Shown one piece after another: positions 43,492 through 51,934 of a stretch of 54,602 bases of DNA. A model generated the notes under the pieces. That model did not search any database. It was given only the letters and a program-made list of their open reading frames with translations, and had not been told where the DNA came from. The stretch is from Candidatus Woesearchaeota archaeon. GTDB taxonomy: Archaea > Nanobdellota > Nanobdellia > Woesearchaeales > UBA11576. The position numbers and the translations under genes are program-made. The DNA is taken from positions 1 through 54,602 of the forward strand of contig JABMQF010000011.1 in the NCBI GenBank assembly GCA_013203345.1, written 5' to 3'. Each line of letters opens with the position of its first letter. Within the stretch, counting starts at the first letter, position 1.

Positions 43492-43980
43492 TCATAGTGT
43501 TGATGTGAATCGATCATTACCCATATAGAACAGTCGCTTCCTATCGTCTTTGTTGCTTTTTGATGTTACTTTCCCTACAAATAATATGTGGTCTCCTGTT
43601 TCTAATTGATCAATGACTTCACACTCAAGCCATGCGCTAGCTTCCTGTATCCTACAGCAGTCTATCGAATCGCATTCCTCTTTAGTAAGTCCTTCTTTGC
43701 AGAACTTATCAACTACTTCTCCTGTGGAACGTCCGCAGTAAAGAGCCATACCTTTCATCTCGTGCGCGATAAAGTTGACTGCAAATACTTTACTTTCCTG
43801 TATGAGTTTACAAGAGAATCTTTTCTTGCCGATACATATCCCGTAAAGATAAGGATCAAAGCTTAATGGCGTATGCCATGAGAGTGTTATGATATTATCC
43901 TTTTGTAGTGTTCTTCCCAGTGAGTCTGTTTTTCCCCTCGCTGTGACGAGTACAACTTGTCTTGGGTTTACGGTTTCCAT
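43492..43980 (-). CDS. flavin reductase-like (FMN-binding split-barrel) protein
   Basis: Motifs VNPRQVVLVT, ITLSWHTPLSFDP, ICIGKKRFS..LI.ESK.FAVNF and ETGDHILFVGKV. I set the start at METVNP, directly after the upstream stop; the alternatives are 43995 and 44022. Confidence 0.75.
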   Translation of the reverse strand: METVNPRQVVLVTARGKTDSLGRTLQKDNIITLSWHTPLSFDPYLYGICIGKKRFSCKLIQESKVFAVNFIAHEMKGMALYCGRSTGEVVDKFCKEGLTKEECDSIDCCRIQEASAWLECEVIDQLETGDHILFVGKVTSKSNKDDRKRLFYMGNDRFTSTL

Positions 43981-43981
43981 C

Positions 43982-44761
43982 TTAAAGCTGGACATACCCC
44001 TTCTTTTTTCTAGTGCCTTCAAACTCCCCTATCTTGATTATTCCCACAACGAAGAATATCAAAAATACTATGTATTGCAGAAAATACACATTGAGTGCAA
44101 ATGGCATCTTTGCAAGATCTATTATTATCATGGGTGTCGCGGCGAGCAGTGATACCTTCAATGCTTCTGTGAAGAAAAGATCGAATTTGGCCAGTCTTGC
44201 TATGATGAATGCAACAAGCGCTGCCAAAAGAATGACCAGTAATATCTTTATGCAGTATATCAGATAGAACAAGAAAAGCAGTGACGGTGTCATCAACAAA
44301 AGAATGACTGTGACTAATACCTCATTCTGTAGCAAATTCTTATAATCTCTTGTGGGTGTGCTTACCACTTTCCCTGTGAGGGTTTTGGTATAAACATTCT
44401 CTTCTGTGACAAGTATCCTTCCTTTGCCAATATCTGTTGTGTTTGTCTGTGTGTCGATTGTCATGAATGGTTTTGATATCGGGAAAGATACAGGACTGTT
44501 CATGCTTGTGTTTATGCTTATATCGAGTGTATCAAAGTGTGACAATTGATTGCTTGTGAATCTGGCTATCGCAGGCAACATCAGCAGTGTTGCTATAACA
44601 AAAGCAAGGAATACAAATGAGAAGAAATATGTAAATACATCTCTTGTTCTTTTCTCTCTTGCTTTATTGTAATTCCAGGGATTCAACGCCAACCATGCTG
44701 TCCTTAGGAAAGGCATTGACTCTCCAACTATCTTTACCTCTTTTAAATCACGCTTTCTCAT
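43982..44761 (-). CDS. integral membrane protein (259 aa)
   Basis: It has an N-terminal TM, an extracytoplasmic segment, and then three C-terminal TM helices. Confidence 0.7.
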   Translation of the reverse strand: MRKRDLKEVKIVGESMPFLRTAWLALNPWNYNKAREKRTRDVFTYFFSFVFLAFVIATLLMLPAIARFTSNQLSHFDTLDISINTSMNSPVSFPISKPFMTIDTQTNTTDIGKGRILVTEENVYTKTLTGKVVSTPTRDYKNLLQNEVLVTVILLLMTPSLLFLFYLIYCIKILLVILLAALVAFIIARLAKFDLFFTEALKVSLLAATPMIIIDLAKMPFALNVYFLQYIVFLIFFVVGIIKIGEFEGTRKKKGYVQL

Positions 44762-44813
44762 ATTATAACTGTCACACGCATTCCTTATTTAAAAAGGTTG
44801 TCATGTATACTCA

Positions 44814-45347
44814 TCACTCTTCTTTTTTATCAGGTTTAGAATTCAGTTCGCGTGCCTTCTCACAGATGAATATGATATCTTTGTCTTCCATCACTATCCT
44901 TTTGATTATGAAATTATTGAGTATCAGCTTCTGAATTTCCTCTACTTTCTTTGACTTCCTCAAGAGAGTTATAACAAACACCCCTTTACCGACTCTTTTC
45001 ATCTCTTGTATTCCTTTCAGAGGATTTTCAAAATTATGTATTGCTGTAATGCAGGTGACTACATCAAAGCTCTTGTCAGGAAATGGAAGGCTCTCTGCTT
45101 TTCCAACCATGAAGTCTTTTTCTGGATATTTTTCTCTTGCGATTCTTATTAGCTCTTGACTTGGATCAACACCTGTAGTCTCACAGTCCCATCTGCTTGT
45201 GCTTATTCCAGTTCCACAACCCACATCCAGAAGTTGAAAATCCTTCTCTACTTTGTACTCCTTGACAATCTTGTCCATCTTTGCCTGCTGTTCTTCTTCA
45301 TACAGGCCATCGTATCCTTTTGCTATCCCATCGTAATAATTTGTCAT
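44814..45347 (-). CDS. class I SAM-dependent methyltransferase
   Basis: Motif I LLDVGCGTGIST and post-II DVVTCITAIHNF. I chose the start MTNYYDG at 45347 because the TATA TTTATAAA (45370-45377) lies 22 nt upstream. The track start at 45368 is too close to the TATA. Confidence 0.85.
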   Translation of the reverse strand: MTNYYDGIAKGYDGLYEEEQQAKMDKIVKEYKVEKDFQLLDVGCGTGISTSRWDCETTGVDPSQELIRIAREKYPEKDFMVGKAESLPFPDKSFDVVTCITAIHNFENPLKGIQEMKRVGKGVFVITLLRKSKKVEEIQKLILNNFIIKRIVMEDKDIIFICEKARELNSKPDKKEE

Positions 45348-45395
45348 AACATAAACCACCCACACCATATTTATAAAAGATTCTATCCAACAACA

Positions 45396-45403
45396 TTTAT
45401 AAA
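45396..45403. promoter_or_regulatory. palindromic TATA box TTTATAAA (ACATTTATAAA consensus) for the 45426 gene
   Basis: It ends 22 nt upstream of ATG 45426 with no SD. A second TTTATAAA at 45370-45377 serves the divergent methyltransferase gene. Confidence 0.5.
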
Positions 45404-45425
45404 CAATAAAGCCGTTGTTCTCCCC

Positions 45426-46595
45426 ATGTTTGACTCATTGTCAATTGAAAAGAGGCGTATACTGCTAGAGTATCCTTTTGCAAGAGCTTTTGCGGCAGAA
45501 AAACTGGACTTTGAAACATTTCTTGACAATATTAACGAGTTCAAACCTGATCTCATAAAAAAAGGTTTCACTGATTCTGATTTTGAGACACTTTCAATAA
45601 TCAAAAAAGTCCATGACAGACAAACAGACATGAAAGAAGGCTTGGAAATCCTGAAGAAATACAACTTCCCAATTGATCAAGACAAAAAGTTTGCGTATTT
45701 CCTTGCAACGCACTCAGAAGACCTTCAAAGCATGGCAAAAGCTGCAGGAAAAAACGTAGTGTCAATGTTCCAGTATGGACTGCCAGAAATAAATAGCATG
45801 TTAGAAAAAGAAATAATCACATGGCCACAGATCGTCAATGGCCTGCCTGAGATGGCTAATCAATCAAGAGAAAACACAGATTATATGTTCAACACAGATT
45901 GTATGTTCAAGTTTGGCATACCACAATTTAACCGCCTGTTAGAAAAAAAAATAATCACATGGCCGCAGATGGTAAAAGACCTACCACTGATGACAAAAGC
46001 AACCGGACCCAACGCATGGAGATTGTTCTTTCATGGCATACCTGCAATAAAAAATCTGATCACAAAAGAAAACTGGCCACACATAGTAGAATTGACAAAA
46101 ACATCAGGACACGGCACAAATGATCTGTTCCAGTACGGCCTACCCGTGATAAAAGAAATACTCACAGAAGAAAATTGGCCACACATTATAGAATTGACAA
46201 AAGCAGTAGGAGAAGACACAGCTTATCTATTCCAGGTCGGCCTAATAGAAATAAAAGACATACTCACAGAAGAAAACTGGCCTTATATCATAAAAATAGC
46301 AAAAGCAACAGGGAAACACACCAATTATGTGTTTTATCACGGTTTAGCCAATGTCAAACATCTGATTGATGAAAGTAATTTAAGAAATTTTGTTGATTTC
46401 TTTGTGTATGTGGGAATATCGAATCAAAGAATCATGAAAATGATGCGAATATTCAATGTACTTGAACCTAGGACAGATCCTCTTTTGCTTTATCTAATAA
46501 TGTTCAAGCCGAAATTAGTGCTTAATATATTACAAAACGTCATTTGTTGGAACAGTTACAGATCGATTTTGATCAGGAATTGGATCTTTTTTTGA
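45426..46595 (+). CDS. repeat protein with at least six copies of a 38-aa ..(F/Y).GLP.IK..LTEENWP.I..L.K..G..T.. helical repeat; possibly the N-terminal part of a frameshifted larger gene
   Basis: I trimmed it to ATG 45426 (MFDSLSIEKRR). There are three near-identical 114-nt units at about 46069-46330 plus diverged units upstream. The ORF ends in TGA directly after T7 (46587-46593). Confidence 0.75.
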   Translation: MFDSLSIEKRRILLEYPFARAFAAEKLDFETFLDNINEFKPDLIKKGFTDSDFETLSIIKKVHDRQTDMKEGLEILKKYNFPIDQDKKFAYFLATHSEDLQSMAKAAGKNVVSMFQYGLPEINSMLEKEIITWPQIVNGLPEMANQSRENTDYMFNTDCMFKFGIPQFNRLLEKKIITWPQMVKDLPLMTKATGPNAWRLFFHGIPAIKNLITKENWPHIVELTKTSGHGTNDLFQYGLPVIKEILTEENWPHIIELTKAVGEDTAYLFQVGLIEIKDILTEENWPYIIKIAKATGKHTNYVFYHGLANVKHLIDESNLRNFVDFFVYVGISNQRIMKMMRIFNVLEPRTDPLLLYLIMFKPKLVLNILQNVICWNSYRSILIRNWIFF

Positions 46596-47989
46596 GAATC
46601 GCTTCACCAATAACATTGAAAGAGAAGAATTTTGCTGCTTTGGCTAAGATTACCAGACCGCTAAAGGACATTCCTGCTCAAGCAAAAAATAATTTCTTAA
46701 AATTTCTTGATCTGAGCATTCATACTTTTCAAGACGTGAATGTCAGCTTTGTGAAGTCTTTACAAGAGACTGACTTCAGAAATATAGATGATTTTTCTTT
46801 TGTGGAATTAGTATATATTTATCTGAAGTTTGCTGAAAATCCTGAGCTTAAGATCAATAATCTAAAAAAGTCTCTTAAGAAATTGAAAAAAGAGGAAAAT
46901 AAATGCTTAAAGCTAATCAACGATAAGATATCTTATGAAAATCTTAATTCCATGGAGAAGAAGAAGCTGTCAGCCACTCTACAAAAAATCTCAGAAATGT
47001 TCTTTGATTCAGTCCTTACCTTATATTCAGAAACAGCGAAAGACAGAATAAAATACTCTCTTGAAAATACGTTCAAGATCAAGATAAAAAACATAAGCAA
47101 AAAAACAGATAATGAAAGTTTCTTCAATGCGTTATGTATATTGAAGACATTAGAAGAAGACAAACACCCTAATTACCCTCATTGTTTCAATCTGATCAAG
47201 CATTATCTGGAAGATAAAACATACCCATTAAAGAGAGAGATACTGAATTGTTATCCATGGACACTACCCCAAAATAAGGATTGGTGCAAAAATCACTTAA
47301 GTAACAAAGAGTGGTTGAAAGATTTCAGGAAAGAATATGTGGTTACTTCCAAAGACAAAGAAAAGACGAATGTGGAAGAAAGGATAAAACATCATTTAGA
47401 ACAGGCACAAAAGATAATCACCGAGTTACATTTGGAGATTAAAGGATTGAACCTGAATAATATTGAAGAACTCTACAAAAAGCTTGCGAAAGAAAAGACA
47501 AAATACCCTGGCAGCCTTATCTCAGATCTTAAGACCCAGATTTCTGCAATCAAGTCATTGCAAGGAGAAAAAAAGGCAGGAAAAATATCTGTTGGAAAAA
47601 TCATCATACAACCTGAATTTGACCCTCTTGAAATTTTGCAGATGGGTAATTATGTGTCAGGCTCGTGCCTTGCCACCAATGGAGCGAATTACTGGAGCAC
47701 TGTGACCAATGCAATAGAAGTGAACAAAAGGATTCTCTGGGCAAAGGACTCCAAAGGTAAAATAATTGCCAGGATCCTTATAGCTGTTGACAAAAATAAC
47801 AATATTCTCAAATTTCCAATATATTACGAAATAACAACCAACCTGAATAAATACTTTGACGAATATCTTGTTGAGCTGGCAAAAAAATGCGGCTTTGGTC
47901 TGAAAGGAAATAAAGACAATGTGGAAGAGCTCATAACTGATGAATGGTACTCAGATTCAGAAATTGAAATTGAATTAGACCATTTATAA
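46544..47989 (+). CDS. hypothetical protein (481 aa as TTG-initiated ORF); probably continuous with 45426..46595 through a -1 shift
   Basis: There is no ATG or SD near the 5' end. The frame is open from 46526 and overlaps the upstream ORF by 52 nt. The amino-acid sequence in the overlap (LEQLQIDFDQELDLFL) looks more protein-like than the upstream ORF's tail (CWNSYRSILIRNWIFF). Confidence 0.7.
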   Translation: MLEQLQIDFDQELDLFLRIASPITLKEKNFAALAKITRPLKDIPAQAKNNFLKFLDLSIHTFQDVNVSFVKSLQETDFRNIDDFSFVELVYIYLKFAENPELKINNLKKSLKKLKKEENKCLKLINDKISYENLNSMEKKKLSATLQKISEMFFDSVLTLYSETAKDRIKYSLENTFKIKIKNISKKTDNESFFNALCILKTLEEDKHPNYPHCFNLIKHYLEDKTYPLKREILNCYPWTLPQNKDWCKNHLSNKEWLKDFRKEYVVTSKDKEKTNVEERIKHHLEQAQKIITELHLEIKGLNLNNIEELYKKLAKEKTKYPGSLISDLKTQISAIKSLQGEKKAGKISVGKIIIQPEFDPLEILQMGNYVSGSCLATNGANYWSTVTNAIEVNKRILWAKDSKGKIIARILIAVDKNNNILKFPIYYEITTNLNKYFDEYLVELAKKCGFGLKGNKDNVEELITDEWYSDSEIEIELDHL

Positions 47990-48000
47990 ACCCAATAACA

Positions 48001-48008
48001 TTTATAAA
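48001..48008 (+). promoter_or_regulatory. TATA box TTTATAAA for the 48031 gene
   Basis: It ends 22 nt upstream of ATG 48031. A second CATTTATAAA copy at 47981-47990 overlaps the preceding stop codon. Confidence 0.45.
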
Positions 48009-48030
48009 CTTCCCTGCACATAATGCCTCT

Positions 48031-48276
48031 ATGAAAAACAAATACATACTCATACTAGGTATAATCATCATCATAATATCAACTTACGCTTTAGTGCAGA
48101 CCAATGAAAAAAAGTCTGATTGTGAATCCATCGCAGGTCAGGTTCTTCAGTTCTTAGACCAAGACACAAACAAGGACTGTGAATCTCTTAATATATGGTT
48201 CTTTTTGTCTTATCTAGGGTTGGCTTTAGGTGTTGCATTAACAGTCATAGGTTTTATACCAAACCCTAAATCTTAA
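48031..48276 (+). CDS. small membrane protein (81 aa, two TM)
   Basis: N-terminal TM ILILGIIIIIISTYALV and C-terminal TM. Confidence 0.6.
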   Translation: MKNKYILILGIIIIIISTYALVQTNEKKSDCESIAGQVLQFLDQDTNKDCESLNIWFFLSYLGLALGVALTVIGFIPNPKS

Positions 48277-48301
48277 AAACTCCTACTCACTTCTATATGA
48301 A

Positions 48302-49189
48302 ATGGAAGCATCAGATATTAAGAAGGACCATACAAAATCCCTAAACCTTCTTTCAGGTCTCACAGGTCACAAGCATGTGAAGCTTGTTCATCGAGGTAAC
48401 GCAGCTATTCTGTGTGCTTTGTTCATCACTAAGAAGATTAACCCTAAACCTTTTGTTCTTATTCCTGATCAGGGAGGGTGGATATCTTTCAAGACTTATC
48501 CTAAGATGCTTGGTTTTGATATTAGGACTGTGAAGACCAATAGAGGTGTGATTGATCTTATTGATCTTGAGAAAAAAGCCGAGTCAGGCGCTGCCTTTAT
48601 TGTGACAAGTTTTGCAGGTTATTTTGCTGAGCAACCAATGAAATATATTTCTACTATATGTAGAAGGTATGGTTGTCTGCTCATAGAAGACGCTTCGGGC
48701 GCATTGGGTGATGCTGAACTTTGTGATGGTGATTATTCTGATATCATTGTAGGAAGCTTTGGAAAATGGAAACCGATTAATATTGAGTATGGTGGTTTCA
48801 TCAGCGTTGGCAAGAAGGAGTATTTTACTGAAGCTAATGAAATATTCTCTACCACTAATCATTATCCTGAATACTCGCAACTATTAAGCAAGCTAGGCTC
48901 TGCTAAACAGAATCTTTTGAAGATGGTAGATAGAGCAGAGAAGGTTAAACAAGAACTTTCTAATAAATTCCCTGACCTGAAGATAATACATAGGGATCTT
49001 AGGGGAGTCAACGTGATAATCCGATATCTGAACAATTCAGAAAAGGATATGGTCAAGGCGTATTGCGAGAATAACAAGTTTGAGTTTGTTGAGTGTCCTA
49101 ATTACATAAGGCTTGATGAGGATGCGATTAGCATCGAGCTTAAGAGGAATGAAATTGTTGAAAAAAGAGGTGATGTCAATTCTTCGTGA
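48302..49189 (+). CDS. PLP-dependent fold-type-I enzyme, DegT/DnrJ/EryC1-like (short form), tentative
   Basis: The series VHRGNAAILCAL..., FVLIPDQGGW..., LLIEDASGALGD and IVGSFGKWKPI follows the DegT-like order of motifs, including a candidate PLP lysine in SF..K. Confidence 0.6.
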   Translation: MEASDIKKDHTKSLNLLSGLTGHKHVKLVHRGNAAILCALFITKKINPKPFVLIPDQGGWISFKTYPKMLGFDIRTVKTNRGVIDLIDLEKKAESGAAFIVTSFAGYFAEQPMKYISTICRRYGCLLIEDASGALGDAELCDGDYSDIIVGSFGKWKPINIEYGGFISVGKKEYFTEANEIFSTTNHYPEYSQLLSKLGSAKQNLLKMVDRAEKVKQELSNKFPDLKIIHRDLRGVNVIIRYLNNSEKDMVKAYCENNKFEFVECPNYIRLDEDAISIELKRNEIVEKRGDVNSS

Positions 49190-49580
49190 ACCAGAGAGTA
49201 TGAATGAACTTGTTTATTTTACACAACGTGGTGTCGGAAAAGGCAATGTGAAGGCTTGGGCTCGTAAAAGCTTGTGCCCGAAATGCAAAAAAGGTACTAT
49301 GAGTAAACCTGTTGACGAGAAGACAGGCAAGGTCAAGATCCGCGCTAAGGAATACCTGTGCCCTGAATGTGGTTACATGATTGAAAAAATAGCGTATGAA
49401 GAGACTCTTGAATGCGAGGTAATCTACACATGTCCTGAATGCAATAATAGCGGTGAAGCGAGTGTGCCGTTCAAATGGCGTACTTTCCAGGGTATGAAAT
49501 CTGTTTTGTTCCAGTGCGATAAGTGCAAAGCTAAGATACCTATAACAAAGAAGATGAAGGAGAAATCAAATAAGAACTAA
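49173..49580 (+). CDS. zinc-ribbon protein with four CxxC pairs (135 aa)
   Basis: CPKC, CPEC, CPEC and CDKC. I set the start at ATG 49173 (or 49200), overlapping the upstream gene by 17 nt. The longer track ORF is an in-frame upstream extension inside the previous gene. Confidence 0.7.
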   Translation: MSILREPESMNELVYFTQRGVGKGNVKAWARKSLCPKCKKGTMSKPVDEKTGKVKIRAKEYLCPECGYMIEKIAYEETLECEVIYTCPECNNSGEASVPFKWRTFQGMKSVLFQCDKCKAKIPITKKMKEKSNKN

Positions 49581-51127
49581 CTTTTCCAGGTTCTTGCCAC
49601 TCTGTCGAATCTATTTTTCCTCAGGTATGTACAGTGTTCATTAGATGCTACAAGTCTTTGTATTTTTTTGTGTATTCCTGAGTCTTGTCCTGGCTGTAAC
49701 ACCTGTTCAATGCTCGAAAATTTTTCATGGTATTTTTCAGTAGGGAGTTCGTATACAAGATTCTCTGTTACTCTGACAGGTCTTGGTATGATAAGTTGAC
49801 CATAACCATTTGGAGGGTTTTCTGTTTCAAGCATTCTTTTGACCTGAATGTCCAGGTTACCTTTTCCTTCTTCAATAAGTGCTCTGATATGAGAAGGAAG
49901 CGAGTCAGGATCTTTGTAGAAATCAACAACTTCTATCTTCTCTCCTTTTAGCAGTCCTTGGTCTACCTGTTCAGGAGGAATATTCATGAGCGTATATGTT
50001 GTCCTGACTCCAAAGTTCTCTTCATGCAGTTCATGTTGGTATCCAAGTTCCTGCATCTGTTCTTTAGTATAAGTCGCTAGTTCTGTTTCGACAACAAAAA
50101 GTCTGTTCTGTGCTTTTTTGTATGGATTGATTGATTCATCCCTTCCGAATATTGTGTTCTGTATTCTTCTGTAATACAGGTCAAGATAACTTTTTGCCAT
50201 GTGCAAATGTGCTGGTCCACAGAGCGCTACTTGTTTTATTATGTTTATGATATCTATTTTTCCTTTTTTCAATGATTCTGTGAATTCTTCTGTACCTATC
50301 CTGGTTAATATACTATCAAGCTCTTTCTTTTGCGACTCGAGTGGTTCTTTGTATCCTTCCCATATTCCGTTGGAAAAAAGATCCCCCCATTTTCTATAGA
50401 GGTTGTCAAGTCTGAATCTTGTTTCTTCCAGTTGTATTAACAGTACAAGATTGTCTTGTTTGATATTTTCACTGCCTGACTTTGAGAACATATCTATTGT
50501 GTTCACATTTGGTGTCATGCACATCTCAAATAGTCTTGACTTGAACAAACCTATCATATTGCCCTGGAGTCTTGGATATGGACATTCGCGCGCAAAATCA
50601 ATAGCACTTTTTAGATAGTCATCGAGTTCGTCTATGCGCGGGTTGTTCATCATGTTTTCAAATTCAAGTAGAAGGTTTGCGTCTTCTGGTGATGGGGTTG
50701 AACGTGTGCGGTCATGATTATTGTCTTCAACACATATTGTGTACATGGTCAGTATATCTGATAATGCTGTTGAGAGTATCTGATCTTGTTCATTTGAGAT
50801 TATGTCTTCTTTGAGTTGTCTAAGATTTACTACGCAGTGGTCGATGAATGATATATCATTTAGAAATGCTGTATGTATTGTTTCCATAACGTCCCAGGCT
50901 GATGCCGCCTGGACAATTCTTTTTCCATCTTTTTCTTCATAGAGGTTTTTTTTTGCTGCGTTTATCTTTTCCTCAAATTCACTCCAGAGTTCTTCTTTTT
51001 CTTCGCCTGTAAGTCCTTTGTAGTTTTCCGGCGTAGATTCCTCTAACTGGCTACTCGAGTATTTGAACATGTCATCATTTATGAGCTCTAGAAGAGCTAA
51101 TTCGCTTGAATATGTTAAATCTACCAA
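49577..51127 (-). CDS. hypothetical protein (516 aa)
   Basis: It is a long clean ORF with a TTG start at 51127 and GGGGGGT 5 nt upstream. No motif recognised. Confidence 0.7.
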   Translation of the reverse strand: MVDLTYSSELALLELINDDMFKYSSSQLEESTPENYKGLTGEEKEELWSEFEEKINAAKKNLYEEKDGKRIVQAASAWDVMETIHTAFLNDISFIDHCVVNLRQLKEDIISNEQDQILSTALSDILTMYTICVEDNNHDRTRSTPSPEDANLLLEFENMMNNPRIDELDDYLKSAIDFARECPYPRLQGNMIGLFKSRLFEMCMTPNVNTIDMFSKSGSENIKQDNLVLLIQLEETRFRLDNLYRKWGDLFSNGIWEGYKEPLESQKKELDSILTRIGTEEFTESLKKGKIDIINIIKQVALCGPAHLHMAKSYLDLYYRRIQNTIFGRDESINPYKKAQNRLFVVETELATYTKEQMQELGYQHELHEENFGVRTTYTLMNIPPEQVDQGLLKGEKIEVVDFYKDPDSLPSHIRALIEEGKGNLDIQVKRMLETENPPNGYGQLIIPRPVRVTENLVYELPTEKYHEKFSSIEQVLQPGQDSGIHKKIQRLVASNEHCTYLRKNRFDRVARTWKS

Positions 51128-51212
51128 ATATGACCCCCCAAAAAAAACAAATATAACAACTATTCAGTAGTTAAACATATATAAATCTTTTTGTTTAAAG
51201 AAATCATAAAAA

Positions 51213-51365
51213 TCAGTCAAGCTTTGTGCCGCATTGAATGCATACCTGTGAATCAATTCTATCACTCCACTCAGTATTAACCCCCCATTCTATCTTTATC
51301 TCGCATTTCGGGCACTTGGGCTCAAGATACTCTACAGAATTAAAGAAATCAACACCTTTACTCAT
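51213..51365 (-). CDS. small zinc-ribbon protein (50 aa), absent from the ORF track
   Basis: My hand translation is MSKGVDFFNSVEYLEPKCPKCEIKIEWGVNTEWSDRIDSQVCIQCGTKLD*. GGGGAG lies 8 nt upstream. It has CPKC...CIQC. Confidence 0.5.
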   Translation of the reverse strand: MSKGVDFFNSVEYLEPKCPKCEIKIEWGVNTEWSDRIDSQVCIQCGTKLD

Positions 51366-51568
51366 TGTCTTTGTCTCCCCTTTTCAACTACTTAACCACA
51401 ATAAAAACATAGATATTCAACGATATGAGGCCCAATTCACAACATATCAAAATATAATACCCTTACCAACTTTAAAAATCTTTGCTTAAAGATTATATAA
51501 CAAACATCAAATCACACATATAAATGATGCAAAAATAGTTAAATAAGTTATTGGCACTGCAAACCAAG

Positions 51569-51922
51569 ATGCCACTTGAAAATTACAGGAATAAAGAATG
51601 CCCTAAACTGGACACCTTGATGCAAGGTGTACAAATACGAGTGTACACGCTCTCGGCTTCAGGAAGGCCAACATTCAGTGCTAAAGAGACAGAGGCTGAA
51701 GCTCGCCTATACAGCTCAACACCAGTATACGATTATGATAATTCAATGTTCGATAGTATTGACACAAAACTACTTGCTACTGAGTGTCGCAACGAAAAAC
51801 GGGAGCTAAAAGCAAACGCCCGTAACAAAGGAGTCTTTTCGAGAAGCGCTGATTCTCCAAGAAATCACGCAGTTAGTATGACCGGAGAGGTTATGAAAGA
51901 AGGTTCTGGTAAACAAAGATAG
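51569..51922 (+). CDS. hypothetical protein (117 aa from first ATG)
   Basis: The ORF faces the polB 3' end. No motif recognised, so coding status is uncertain. Confidence 0.35.
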   Translation: MPLENYRNKECPKLDTLMQGVQIRVYTLSASGRPTFSAKETEAEARLYSSTPVYDYDNSMFDSIDTKLLATECRNEKRELKANARNKGVFSRSADSPRNHAVSMTGEVMKEGSGKQR

Positions 51923-51934
51923 GGATCACAATGA

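Noticed and set aside
51238-51489. 83-aa plus-strand ORF
   Set aside because: It has no start signals and an odd composition. The opposite strand carries a compact zinc-ribbon ORF with an SD site (51213..51365).
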